A DNA stretch of 64,000 nt from Synechococcus sp. (GTDB lineage: Bacteria > Cyanobacteriota > Cyanobacteriia > Thermostichales > PCC-7336), in the NCBI GenBank assembly GCA_051439425.1, contig JBFRWD010000075.1, forward strand, positions 14,069 to 78,068. The letters are read 5' to 3'. The position numbers and the translations under genes are program-made. The notes beneath the pieces were generated by a model. The model was not told the DNA's origin, made no database searches, and worked only from the letters and a program-made list of their open reading frames with translations. Below, piece after piece: positions 25,201-34,797 of this stretch. Numbering within the stretch: position 1 is the first letter of the stretch; each line of letters starts with the position of its first letter.

Positions 25201-26487
25201 ATCTTGGCGATCCATCTCAAATGAAGGATCTACTTTCCCTGACAAGACCTCATTTGCAGTTTCTGCATCACGAAAGAGTTCTGGCCTACAGGTCAGCACT
25301 GCTTTTGCTCCAGGAACGACTACTTTGGCTATCTCCCAAAAATTATCGACTATCTCTTGATAGTCGACTTTCATAGCCATCTCATCAAAGCCATCAAAGA
25401 CCAAAAGCAGCTTGCCCATTACATTGAGCTTGTAGAATGCTTGACTATTGAGGCGGATGTTGTGTTTTGTGAAGAAGAAATTTGCTAATACACTTTCTAC
25501 ATTGAGTGACTTTGTATATTCCCTTAATTGAATCACTAACGGAAGTCTAGGCCTTGCTACACCTCTATTTTTTGCATCTAAATACTGCTTCATCTTTGTC
25601 CATGCGTAGTGCAGTACCAGCCAAGTTTTACCACTCCCAAACTCTCCCATTATCGAGATGTGCCCCTTGGATGGATCGCTCAACCAGGTGTCTAGATATC
25701 TCTCTGTATTGGTGTACTCACTTACAGCTAATATCCGATGAGTTTTCTGCTCTACCTCTTCTTTTTTGCAACCCAATGGAACATATAATTTTTCTAATTT
25801 CTTGCTGCGAATCTCTGTTTCTAGCCACTCCATATACGGTGTAAAATCCGCCGTTTCGTCTATAAATTCATCAAATGTGTAACAAAGTAGCGTTTCGCCC
25901 GCCTCTCCCAACGTCTCCGCCTCTGCCCGGGCTGCTCGACTTACCCGCCGCACAGCAATTAGCCATCCCTCATCCGCCCGCCATTCCTTTACCCCATCCC
26001 GCAACCGGCTCAAATCCTTCAACTCCGCTTCTCCATACACCCCTCGCACCAAAACTCGACTAAACCCGCGCCGCTCTCTCACCCGCAATACAAACTCAAA
26101 CCACCGCTCGGTTTGCTCTAAACGCCGTTCTACTTCGTAACTCAACGTCTCGAACCACCCTTCCAATTGCACCTCAAACGGATCAATCCCCAGTTCTCCG
26201 GATTCTGTAGTCGGTACCTCGGGCTCGGCCTGAGCAATTTTGATCGCGATCGCCTTAAACCCTTTCTTCGTAACCCGTCGCCCTAATACCTCTGACAACG
26301 CTGACCACAACTTGGCCCCCTCATCCTTTATGTGCCCGAGGGAATACCCAGTCTCATCCGCGATTGCCTGATACGACAGCCCAGATAAACTGCTGAGAGC
26401 GATCGTCGCTTGCAATTCTGTTAATTCCGACTGCCCGGCTTCAAGCAACAGTCGGTTTACCCAGTCCAGATCGGTGTGCAATGACAT
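22294..26487 (-). CDS. wHTH - restriction-endonuclease-like - NACHT - pentapeptide - WD40 protein
   Basis: N-terminal HTH (YQAIADETGYSLGHIKDEGAKLW), Mrr-like segment (FEVQLEGWFETLSYEV), Walker A GEFGSGKT, LLVFDGFDE, pentapeptide stretch and about 14 WD40 repeats. Confidence 0.88.
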   Translation of the reverse strand: MSLHTDLDWVNRLLLEAGQSELTELQATIALSSLSGLSYQAIADETGYSLGHIKDEGAKLWSALSEVLGRRVTKKGFKAIAIKIAQAEPEVPTTESGELGIDPFEVQLEGWFETLSYEVERRLEQTERWFEFVLRVRERRGFSRVLVRGVYGEAELKDLSRLRDGVKEWRADEGWLIAVRRVSRAARAEAETLGEAGETLLCYTFDEFIDETADFTPYMEWLETEIRSKKLEKLYVPLGCKKEEVEQKTHRILAVSEYTNTERYLDTWLSDPSKGHISIMGEFGSGKTWLVLHYAWTKMKQYLDAKNRGVARPRLPLVIQLREYTKSLNVESVLANFFFTKHNIRLNSQAFYKLNVMGKLLLVFDGFDEMAMKVDYQEIVDNFWEIAKVVVPGAKAVLTCRPELFRDAETANEVLSGKVDPSFEMDRQDPPYFEVLELLKFDDDQIRNVLDKRTKSQYISEIMRNEQLLDLLRRPVMVELVLEALPEIEAGKIVDITRVYLYATRRKMERDIATKRTFTSLPDKLFFLCEVAWEMLSTNRLSLNYREFPERLLNLFGPILVKPKELDYWRYDMAGNSMLIRNASGDYMPGHRSLLEFFVAYRLAALLGALNGDLLDISKSQSYINKNLKEIDYRWSAYFQRQVDSESKVLSIPPLKTFILENMELLHRSLGTIPLTQAVFDLVIPMVTSDKNIKSKLLSILNETKVEKPNIGQYSGGNAVNLLVKLDPYVLEGKNLSNCLIVKADFTDASLRDVNFHGATIQDCNVGKFSAPVIKVEFNCDGSLLATAEGDEICLWKIEEETDISGIVQETVLKGHEDWVRTIAFSPEKQQLLASGSYDHDIRIWDAYTGECLKKLSRHQGTIRALSFSPDGQQLASSGDDGRIRLWDVSNWDNITLLNGHEHPVRSVAFIADGQYLASGSQDGTIKIWDLSRCECKKTLREHSGSILALAYSPRRRILASGGEDTSIRVWNIDNWECTSLLIGHSMPIWSITISSDGKYIISGSEDRTVRKWDVELNRCEQTLLKHNNWVRSVALNPSNSLLASGSEDKSVKVCDLNSLTCHTTLQGHTSWVWSIAFRKNRFVSATEDKVIRYWDINTGQCIKSFTGHQGSVRTTDFHPNSVLLASGCDGGDITIWNVETGKKEISLDEHSNWIRSVAFSSDGNYLASGSNDKSVKLWDIDTWKCVETFKEHDKTVRAVVFSPCSRILASVGEDKKLVLRFLRTELKPLIVSDIHDQRVSCLAFSREGGLIATGSEDNSIKIWSIRPNPDQHILFERHIHGHSSYVNSICFVGNNVIATASNDKTIKLWNIVDGRHIDSLTGHSGGVRELCFDASSGILASCSLDETVKLWDLRTGACVSTIDHRPCAGANITAVKGLTDAQRDNLLSLGAIDHSS

Positions 26488-26679
26488 AGTGGAGACAGTT
26501 TGGCTGCAGACTACCCCCCCCTTTTACTCCGAGTATATCCAGTCAGACAGCCACGATCTGACTTAAAATCCGACTTTTCCGACTTTCTGTTACTTCGATA
26601 GTAAATCTTTCCGACTGAAATTTTTCAGGCAAACGGGTCAAGCTGAACTTGGAAAAGTCTACTCAACCAAAAGGTCGGT

Positions 26680-26937
26680 ATGGCATTTGCCCCTGTCTCC
26701 AACAATCGGCTAACGAAGTCCGACATGAAACAGGCGCTTGCCCGCGATACGACCGGCGAGCTGGAAACATTGCTTGCCCGATTGGTTGTGCTTATGGGTG
26801 AAGCAGAGTCTCGAGCTTGGTTAGTTACTCCCAACGTTCATTTAGACGACGAAACTCCTTGGTCGTTCATCGCCAAAGGTGATTTGAATGTTTTAGGATT
26901 CTTTGTCGAGGCGATTGAATCCGGTCAGCCTGGATAG
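26680..26937 (+). CDS. Xre/MbcA/ParS-type antitoxin toxin-binding domain protein
   Basis: GEAESRAWLVTPNVHLDDETPWSFI..G....L...VEAIESGQP, immediately upstream of a RES gene. Confidence 0.8.
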   Translation: MAFAPVSNNRLTKSDMKQALARDTTGELETLLARLVVLMGEAESRAWLVTPNVHLDDETPWSFIAKGDLNVLGFFVEAIESGQPG

Positions 26938-26987
26938 GGTGTGTTTGGGGACTGTTCTAGCTAAGTGGCAAAAATTTAAGAGCGGCC

Positions 26988-27611
26988 TTGCAGGGACTGT
27001 CTCCCTCGTTTGAAACTGGTTACGCGTTTCGCATCTCTAGCATCAAATATCTGAAAACACCTCTGTCTGCAATCGGCTCTTTACGGGGAGGAGGACGCTA
27101 CAACATTGGCAAACGCGAATCTTGCTCGGACTTTCAGTCAAAAGCCTTCGCCGCATTGTATCTGTGTGACAATCCCGTCACAGGCTTTTTGGAAGTTCAG
27201 TGTTTGACCAATGCAAGAGGGCGACTGATGGCTCATCTGGCCGTGCCCCAAGTGTCATTCACCATCGAATACAAACTTAAATCCGTTCTAGACATTACGG
27301 ACGACTCTGTGATGGCCACCTTAGAGACCAGCTTCATGGAACTCACCGGGAAGTGGACGCGCTATCTGGCAGACTCTAGCGGCATTGCACCAACCCAGGA
27401 ACTGGCGTGTTATGCCTATCACGACACCCCCATCCAAGCGCTCAAAGTACCGACTCAGTACGTTTCCGAGACATCAAAACACAACTGGGTCATTTTTCCA
27501 GACAAAGTACAGGCAGATTCGGATTGCTCGCTTAACGTTGTGTTCCCCAATGACTGTTTGGACGCTATTGACGGGCTCAAATCGGGAGATATTGACCTTC
27601 AGCTCTCGTAG
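26988..27611 (+). CDS. RES domain toxin (NAD+-consuming family)
   Basis: AFRI...PLSAIGSLRGGGRYN...ALYLCDNPVTGFLEV...VLDIT...PTQEL...ALKVPT...NWVIFP. Confidence 0.85.
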   Translation: MQGLSPSFETGYAFRISSIKYLKTPLSAIGSLRGGGRYNIGKRESCSDFQSKAFAALYLCDNPVTGFLEVQCLTNARGRLMAHLAVPQVSFTIEYKLKSVLDITDDSVMATLETSFMELTGKWTRYLADSSGIAPTQELACYAYHDTPIQALKVPTQYVSETSKHNWVIFPDKVQADSDCSLNVVFPNDCLDAIDGLKSGDIDLQLS

Positions 27612-27662
27612 TCAAATAGCCATTTCAAAAAGCATCTTTGTTTCTAGAGAATGAAACAAATC

Positions 27663-27704
27663 TAGCTCTAGTCTTTTAGCTCTAATCTTTTAGCTCTAAT
27701 CTTT
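27663..27704. repeat. 14-bp tandem repeat x3
   Basis: tagctctagtcttt, tagctctaatcttt, tagctctaatcttt. Confidence 0.85.
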
Positions 27705-27864
27705 TCAAGGCGATCGTTGTCAGACTTGTCAGCCCGACTTTGCGGCAGACCTTTCATACGCTGCTGTCGGTCTTGAGCCTCCGACTTGTTTCCCGAGCTT
27801 TCTGGCTGTATCTGCGATAGAACTTTCCGAGGATTGAGTCAAGTTAATCCAAGGACATATTGCA

Positions 27865-28017
27865 GTGAAACTCAATCGTCGAACTCTTCAGAAATGGGTG
27901 TTGATTTTCTCTCTACTTGCCAATACCTCGACTGCAGCCTTCAACGGAATTCGAATGTATGACTACTTCCACAGTGCCGATGAAATCGAGGTTTGTTGCG
28001 AGCAGTACGAGGTTTAA
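27865..28017 (+). CDS. Putative 50-aa small protein (not in ORF track)
   Basis: GTG start after AAGGA. MKLNRRTLQKWVLIFSLLANTSTAAFNGIRMYDYFHSADEIEVCCEQYEV*, with a signal-peptide-like N-terminus. Confidence 0.4.
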   Translation: MKLNRRTLQKWVLIFSLLANTSTAAFNGIRMYDYFHSADEIEVCCEQYEV

Positions 28018-28283
28018 GTTCGCTTCGGACAACTATGCTGTGTCAGCAACTTGTCACGAGATTTTTCCTGTCTATCTTGTGAGTTTCTGACAACTTTATA
28101 CAGCTATGCTGCGCTACTACTCATTGCCCAATTCCCACACCAACACAGCATGTATACCTCGACCCGATTCCATCATTTCCCCTGAAAATAACTGAACTTT
28201 TTCTAAGTCGTTCTCGCAATACTGAGCCTATCCACGCAAGGGTTCATTCCTTGCAAACAGCTACTTAACTAGAGAGCGACACT

Positions 28284-28460
28284 ATGATGACTCAACTGAC
28301 CTATCGCGGATTACCCATTAACTTCTCTGCCCATACCAGAGTCGAAACCCCCGAGTCCGCGCGCTTCTTTGGCCGCACCGCCCCCCTCGACCGCTCCGTC
28401 CAGCCCACATCTCTACCCGCCGACCTGCAGTTCTTCGGTCGTAAAACCACCGCATCTTAG
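28284..28460 (+). CDS. DUF4278-like small protein (58 aa; not in ORF track)
   Basis: MMTQLTYRGLPI...RFFGR...LQFFGRK. The LxYRG motif and its internal repeats are typical of cyanobacterial DUF4278. Confidence 0.65.
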   Translation: MMTQLTYRGLPINFSAHTRVETPESARFFGRTAPLDRSVQPTSLPADLQFFGRKTTAS

Positions 28461-28786
28461 TGGGGTGCCAGGCTTACTTGGAGAGATACCATTCCTCGGC
28501 CAACACATTGCAGTAAGCCTGGCCCCAGAGAAATGCCCCGATCGTTACATCACCCAAACTACGTTCAGGGCATCGAATTTTCTAACAAAAGAGCATCACT
28601 TGTAAAAATGATGCACCGTTAAGCGACATCATGAACGTTCCTACCAATAATCAGTCCTCTCGCCAACCTTCAGCCGTCAAAATCCAGCTACTGGAATTAG
28701 AGACCATACAATTTGGCGATCGCGGAGAAGACATCGGAGAAAGATGCGTCCCCTACGGGCTCGCACATGCTAGAGCCAACTGGTCC

Positions 28787-30106
28787 TCACAATAGCTGCG
28801 CCGCCCTTTCCGCCAACTCCGATCGCTCCCCTTTCTTCAGCAAAATATGTCCTGCCAGCGGCTCATCCCGAAACTTCTCGATCACGTAAGTCAAGCCATT
28901 ACTGGCCGCATCCACATAGGGGTTGTCGATCTGCTCCAAATCTCCGGTCAGAACGATCTTGGTGCCCTCTCCAGCCCGCGTCAAAATCGTCTTCACCTCG
29001 TGTGGCGTTAAATTCTGCGCCTCATCCACGATTAAATACTGCTTCGGAATTGTCCGTCCGCGAATGTAGGTCAGCGGCTCGATTTGCAACAGCCCCCGCT
29101 CCATCAATTCCTCGTGACCGTGCTTCCAATGTTCGGGGCGATCGATGATATCCTGCGTGCCAAAAATTAAATCGAAATTGTCATACAGCGGCTGCATCCA
29201 CGGAGCTAGCTTCTCCGTCACATCTCCAGGCAAATAACCAATATCGTTTCCCATCGGCACCACCGGGCGGGAAATCAATAACCGATTGTACACGTTCGTA
29301 TCGGCCACCTGGTGCAATCCGGCGGCGATCGCCAGCAACGTTTTTCCCGTCCCAGCTTTACCCACCAACGTCACCAGCTGGATGGCAGGTCGCAACAGTA
29401 ACTCAAACGCCAATTTTTGCTCGCGATTGCGGGGGCGAATACGAGAGACCGACGTGCCCAACACCTCCAGACGGGTGGCGCTGCTGTTGCCTGTAGCAAT
29501 GGCCAGCGCCGTATGGGAGGGGTTGCTGTTGTCCACCAGCGTCAGCGCTTGGTTGGCTGGATAGTGGTTGGGTAATGCGGTCTTACCTTCTGCATACAAA
29601 ACGTTAATGGTGGCAGCATCCACCGTTACTTCGTTTGTCCCCGCATACAGCTCGTCTACGTCTACCTTGTCGGTTTCGTAATCCTCTGCATCCAGCCCCA
29701 ACGCATCTGCTTTAATGCGCAGGTTGGTGTCTTTGCTGACTAACACTACCGGACATTGGCAATTTCCCTTTAGATCCAGCGCCACTGCCAAAATTGCGTT
29801 GTCGTTTTTGTCCCCTTCCAACTCGGGAGGCAGCGACTTGAGAATCTCAGCATTCGACAGCTCCACCCGCAACTGTCCCCCTTTGCCCAGATCGATGCCC
29901 TCGAACAAATGTCCTTTGGCACGCATTTCATCCAAAATCCTGGACACCATTCGGGCATTGCGGCCAATATTCGACGCCTGTTTCTTGAACCGATCCAACT
30001 CCTCAATGATGGTGATGGGCAGAACGATGTCGTTCTCCTGAAATTGATGGATGGACATCGGATCGTGCAGCAGCACGTTGGTATCAAGAACGTAGGCTTT
30101 TTTCAT
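28787..30106 (-). CDS. PIN-PhoH (PhoH2) ATPase/RNase
   Basis: YVLDTNVLLHDP PIN domain, GKAGTGKT, IRGRT, IVDEAQN. Confidence 0.93.
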   Translation of the reverse strand: MKKAYVLDTNVLLHDPMSIHQFQENDIVLPITIIEELDRFKKQASNIGRNARMVSRILDEMRAKGHLFEGIDLGKGGQLRVELSNAEILKSLPPELEGDKNDNAILAVALDLKGNCQCPVVLVSKDTNLRIKADALGLDAEDYETDKVDVDELYAGTNEVTVDAATINVLYAEGKTALPNHYPANQALTLVDNSNPSHTALAIATGNSSATRLEVLGTSVSRIRPRNREQKLAFELLLRPAIQLVTLVGKAGTGKTLLAIAAGLHQVADTNVYNRLLISRPVVPMGNDIGYLPGDVTEKLAPWMQPLYDNFDLIFGTQDIIDRPEHWKHGHEELMERGLLQIEPLTYIRGRTIPKQYLIVDEAQNLTPHEVKTILTRAGEGTKIVLTGDLEQIDNPYVDAASNGLTYVIEKFRDEPLAGHILLKKGERSELAERAAQLL

Positions 30107-30496
30107 TCAAGTCCTTCTTCATTCAATGAGGGGAGCCAGAGGGTGTGGCAAACGTTGTAAGGTCGAACGGGATATGCCAAGCCTGGAAAAGTAGCAGTGG
30201 CCATACCAATGCGGACATTTCAGCTCCGTTCAACCCTGACTGCGATCGGAACCTGTGTCCTAACTGAAATGGCAAACGCTATATCTAGGCGCTGATGGAG
30301 TGTAACCGTGATGGTAACGGGCGGCATGCAATCTTTCCCTGCATTCTAAGGAAAATACAATCTTCCCAGCAGGCGATCGCCTTCTGTGCGAACAAGGGGC
30401 ACGGCTACTCGCGCAATGACGGATGTCCCCACAGCACTTCTGGCCCGGAATAATAAAGTGCAAGCTCCCGATCGTTGTCTGTTCATCCGCCCTCTA

Positions 30497-31117
30497 ATGC
30501 CTAAACTGCCCCCCAAAGACTACATACAAGCTGTCGAATTCCCCACCTCTGTTAGCCTGACCCCCATCGGCAGAGTGCGATCGCCCTACACCGAACGCCA
30601 CGGTACTCCTCGCCAGTCCCAACTGCATAACCAGCCCCAGAACTACCAGCCTGCTAGCGCTACTATCGAACTGTTTGAGGAGGTCGTTCCGGCGATCGCC
30701 CTCAAAGATCTGGAGGGATTCGACTGGATTTGGGTGATTGCCTGGTTGCACCTCAATCACCATTGGAACCCGACGGTCGTCCCTCCCCGTGGCCCGCGCG
30801 TGCGCCGAGGAACTTTAGCCACCCGTGCCCCCCACCGTCCCAATCCCATTGGTCTCAGTGCAGTTAGGTTGTTGAAGATAGAAGGCCCCATTCTGCACGT
30901 GGAAGGCATCGACTTGCTCGATCGCACCCCCATCCTCGATATCAAACCCTATGTCAGTTACTGCGACGCTTTCCCCGACGCATATTGTGGATACGTCAGC
31001 GAGATGGAGCAGCAGGGGGAGCGTGAAACCGATATTTTTGGCGATCGGGGGCACCCACTGCGAGCTCGCCCCGCTGCCCACAGCAGAGATTCAAACACAG
31101 GCATCCGCGATACATAA
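30497..31117 (+). CDS. tsaA: tRNA m6t6A37 methyltransferase TrmO/TsaA-like
   Basis: LTPIGRVRSPY, GTPRQ, GTLATRAPHRPNPIGLS, GIDLLDRTPILDIKPY. Confidence 0.9.
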   Translation: MPKLPPKDYIQAVEFPTSVSLTPIGRVRSPYTERHGTPRQSQLHNQPQNYQPASATIELFEEVVPAIALKDLEGFDWIWVIAWLHLNHHWNPTVVPPRGPRVRRGTLATRAPHRPNPIGLSAVRLLKIEGPILHVEGIDLLDRTPILDIKPYVSYCDAFPDAYCGYVSEMEQQGERETDIFGDRGHPLRARPAAHSRDSNTGIRDT

Positions 31118-31167
31118 CTCAGCCACTGAGGCCCTATCAATTGCCGAGTCCCTGAACAGTTAGCCAA

Positions 31168-32313
31168 TTAGTAGTAGGTGCTTGCCACATTTTGAGAAGG
31201 GCTGGAGCCATTCAACACCGTTAGAGGGTTGATGGCATAACCATTCTGGCGCACTTCGAAATGGAGGTGAGGACCGGTAGAACGTCCAGTATTTCCCATT
31301 GCCATGATGGGTTGCCCCTGCTTCACTTGTTCCCCAACAGAAACGTACAGGCGACTGGCATGGGCGTAGCGGGTTACGGTGCCATTGGCATGCTCGATAT
31401 CCACCATGTACCCATAGGCGTAATACCAGCCAGAGTAGATCACCCGCCCCGACAGAGCGGCTACCACTGGTGTTCCCTCTGGCCCCGCAATATCGATACC
31501 TGCGTGGATGCGACCCCACCGCCATCCGTACCTCGACGTTATGAGACCATTTGTCGGCCAAATCATGACATCTTCCACCGGGATCGTATCCAAGCGGGCA
31601 AGTTGAAAGGCTTCGTGATTGGCAGTTGAAAAGTCCTCGTGGCCCAATACGGTGGGCACCCAGGGGAGTTGAATAATATCTCCCTCGCTCATCTCAGTGA
31701 GGGACTCTGCTTCATTGGCCGCCAAAATCGATTGCTCAGATAGCGCAAACCGATTAGCCAGACTATCCACGGACTCGCCGGTTTTGAGTCTGTACGGTAC
31801 GGTGCGGGTCCGATCGGAGGTTGATTCGGGTGCAAGTTCGAGGTTGTCTGCAGTTGTTTCAGGCTCGGTTGCAGTGCCTAAGTTAGTTTGAGGACTGGGG
31901 TTGGCTGGGGGGCTAGAACCGGTTTGAGGAATGGTGTCAGTTGAGGAAATGTCCTCAGTCGGTCCTCCGATAGATTCATCGAGTCCATAAGGTAGCCTAA
32001 AACTCGATACTGGCTGGTGAAGATCGTGCGATCCGTTTAAAAGCTGGGGGGACAGCAGAGGAGTCCCAGGAGCGGGTTCTAGGTTCGTGAGGTCCAGTAA
32101 TTCATCGGGTAAAGACTTGTCCGAGCTTGACAAAGAGCTACTAAGTTCGGGCTTCTCCAGCTCATTCAACGGCTTAGTTGTGGTCGTCGATGGACCGTAT
32201 GCCATCTCGAAAAAGGACGATGCTGCCCCCGCCGATCCCTGAATGGTTAAGCCGCCGATCGCCACCAGCCCAGCAGATATCAGCAATGTTGTAGCGCTAA
32301 TGCACAGTCTCAA
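31168..32313 (-). CDS. LysM + M23 metallopeptidase
   Basis: LysM (YRLKTGES..SLANRF), HAGIDI, YAH, STGPHLHFEV. Confidence 0.9.
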   Translation of the reverse strand: MRLCISATTLLISAGLVAIGGLTIQGSAGAASSFFEMAYGPSTTTTKPLNELEKPELSSSLSSSDKSLPDELLDLTNLEPAPGTPLLSPQLLNGSHDLHQPVSSFRLPYGLDESIGGPTEDISSTDTIPQTGSSPPANPSPQTNLGTATEPETTADNLELAPESTSDRTRTVPYRLKTGESVDSLANRFALSEQSILAANEAESLTEMSEGDIIQLPWVPTVLGHEDFSTANHEAFQLARLDTIPVEDVMIWPTNGLITSRYGWRWGRIHAGIDIAGPEGTPVVAALSGRVIYSGWYYAYGYMVDIEHANGTVTRYAHASRLYVSVGEQVKQGQPIMAMGNTGRSTGPHLHFEVRQNGYAINPLTVLNGSSPSQNVASTYY

Positions 32314-32868
32314 CTGTCGAACCTCTCACACCTTGCGAGTACTTTTACTTAGAAAGGTTCTCCTGGCAAGCGCTGCAGGCTAGCGTCAATCCGGACAACT
32401 GGTTTAACTATTTATGTTTAAAAATCGCTAGACCGGCCTGGTTGTAACCGATGTGGCGCAGTGGGTGTTGCTAAATTTCTAGGTGACACACATGTAGAGG
32501 TGTGCGCTGGCTAGCAAAATATTGCGAATTCGCGTAGGTTGGCAGGACAGTATGCGTACCTCGAACGAACAGTTTGTTTGCATGTCATTGCGTGGTTTGG
32601 GATGCGTTTTTTGCTCCTGAACTCCTGGTGAAGTAGTGTCCGGACTGACGTCATCCGGTGGACGCGATTCCCATGACGAGAGCCCCATCGCGCAATTCCC
32701 AGATCCCCATCACCGGATTGCTGACAACTTGCTTCCGATCGCCGCAACGAGCTTTATCCTCGTCTATGGAATTTATGCCCTATGGGCTGACAAACTTTAG
32801 TAGCGTCAATATGCACCAACAAACACTCGCGTTACCATCAACTCAGCGACCCATCACGAAAGCAAACC

Positions 32869-34338
32869 ATGTCCACCACCGTTGCACAACCAAACTGGTC
32901 TGTAGTGATTCGCGAATTCGAGCAAGCGGTCGGTCAACGTCAGGTGGTGAAACATCGAGAAGAATTGCTGGTTTATGAATGCGATGGGTTGACTAGCTAT
33001 CGTCAACCGCCAGAAGCCGTGGTGTTCCCACGGACAACTGAAGAAGTGGCGGCTGTTGTTCGGATTTGCGATCGCCACGGCATCCCCTTCATTGCTCGGG
33101 GGTCCGGCACAGGCTTGTCAGGTGGGGCCCTTCCCACAGAAGGGAGTGTATTGATTTCCACTGCCCGCATGCGGCAGATTCTCGATATTGACTTAGCAAA
33201 CCACCGAATCGTGGTTCAACCGGGAGCGATTAACAATTGGGTCACCCAAGCGGTCAGCGGCGATGGATTCTACTACGCCCCCGATCCCTCCAGTCAGATC
33301 ATTTGTTCTATCGGCGGAAACGTGGCCGAGAATTCCGGAGGAGTTCACTGCTTAAAATACGGCGTTACGACCAACCATGTCCTCGGTCTCAAGCTGGTAC
33401 TGCCAACCGGAGACATCGTAGAAACCGGAGGAGCAGTTGCGGAAAGCCCTGGCTACGACTTGACTGGAGTGTTTGTCGGTTCGGAAGGGACCTTGGGCAT
33501 TGCCACCGAGATTACCCTGCGCATTCTCAAACGACCGGAATCCATTCGGGTATTGCTCGCCGACTTTTCTAGTGTGGAAGCCGCGGGGGGGGCCGTTTCG
33601 GACATTATTGGTGCGGGGATTGTTCCTGGCGGCATGGAAATGATGGATAACTTCAGCATCAATGCGGTTGAAGATGTTGTTAAAACCGATTGCTATCCCC
33701 GAGATGCCGCTGCCATTTTATTGGTGGAACTGGATGGTTTGGAGGTTGAGGTGGATGTTAACAGCGATCGCGTTGCTGACATTTGTCGCCAGAACGGAGC
33801 CCGCAATGTGACCTCAGCCACCGATCCAGAAGAGCGCTTGCGCTTATGGAAAGGTCGGAAGGCTGCCTTTGCGGCAATGGGAAAATTAAGCCCGGACTAC
33901 TACGTTCAGGATGGAGTGATTCCTCGGACAAAACTTCCCTACGTTCTCAAAGAAATTGAAGCCCTGAGCCAAAAGCACGGCTATCCGGTCGCCAATGTTT
34001 TTCATGCGGGAGACGGCAACCTCCACCCCCTAATTCTCTACAACAACTCCGAACCCGGAGCCCTAGAGGCGGTTGAGACCTTGGGGGGCGAAATCCTCAA
34101 GCTGTGCGTCTCGGTCGGCGGCAGCATTTCTGGTGAACATGGCATTGGGGCAGACAAGCGATGCTACATGCCCGAAATGTTCTCCCCTGCAGATCTAGAC
34201 ACCATGCAATGGATTCGAAGTGCATTTAACCCGAAGGGTCTCTCGAACCCCGAGAAAATCTTTCCCACCCCCCGCACCTGTGGGGAGAGTGCTCGCATGC
34301 ATAACGTCGAATCCCTGAAAGGGGCAGAGGTCTTTTAG
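32869..34338 (+). CDS. glcD: Glycolate dehydrogenase subunit GlcD
   Basis: YECDGL, RGSGTGLSGG, PDPSSQ, GGVHCLKYG, HAGDGNLHP, GEHGIG. Confidence 0.93.
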   Translation: MSTTVAQPNWSVVIREFEQAVGQRQVVKHREELLVYECDGLTSYRQPPEAVVFPRTTEEVAAVVRICDRHGIPFIARGSGTGLSGGALPTEGSVLISTARMRQILDIDLANHRIVVQPGAINNWVTQAVSGDGFYYAPDPSSQIICSIGGNVAENSGGVHCLKYGVTTNHVLGLKLVLPTGDIVETGGAVAESPGYDLTGVFVGSEGTLGIATEITLRILKRPESIRVLLADFSSVEAAGGAVSDIIGAGIVPGGMEMMDNFSINAVEDVVKTDCYPRDAAAILLVELDGLEVEVDVNSDRVADICRQNGARNVTSATDPEERLRLWKGRKAAFAAMGKLSPDYYVQDGVIPRTKLPYVLKEIEALSQKHGYPVANVFHAGDGNLHPLILYNNSEPGALEAVETLGGEILKLCVSVGGSISGEHGIGADKRCYMPEMFSPADLDTMQWIRSAFNPKGLSNPEKIFPTPRTCGESARMHNVESLKGAEVF

Positions 34339-34412
34339 CCTGCGGGACAGGAAGACACGATTAGCGATCTAAGTGATTTGCCATTTTCTCGATACCAGCA
34401 AGCAACAGACAC

Positions 34413-34742
34413 ATGGCAAACTCAAAGCCTCTGTACGACAAGATTTACGCTACGGTTCGCCGAATTCCATATGGCAAAGTGGCCACCTACGGCCAGGTGG
34501 CCCGATGGTCTGGCTATCCGGGATATGCTCGCCAGGTCGGGTATGCATTATTCCGGCTGGACAAAGATACTGACGTCCCTTGGCAGCGAGTGATCAATGC
34601 CAAGGGGGAAATCTCTTCGTCCCCAATGCGGTATGGCAGTGATGACTTGCAACAACAAATCCTGATGGATGAGGGGGTGACTTTCAAACGCAACAAAATA
34701 GACCTGGTTACCTTCGGTTGGGAAGGAGAACCAGATCGGTAA
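34413..34742 (+). CDS. Alkyltransferase-like (ATL) O6-alkylguanine-binding protein
   Basis: IPYGKVATYGQVA...ARQVG. PWQRV replaces the catalytic PCHRV. Confidence 0.88.
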   Translation: MANSKPLYDKIYATVRRIPYGKVATYGQVARWSGYPGYARQVGYALFRLDKDTDVPWQRVINAKGEISSSPMRYGSDDLQQQILMDEGVTFKRNKIDLVTFGWEGEPDR

Positions 34743-34797
34743 AATAGCGTTTGCTTGAATGCTCTAGCCGTAAACCAGTGAGACAAACACTAGAAAA

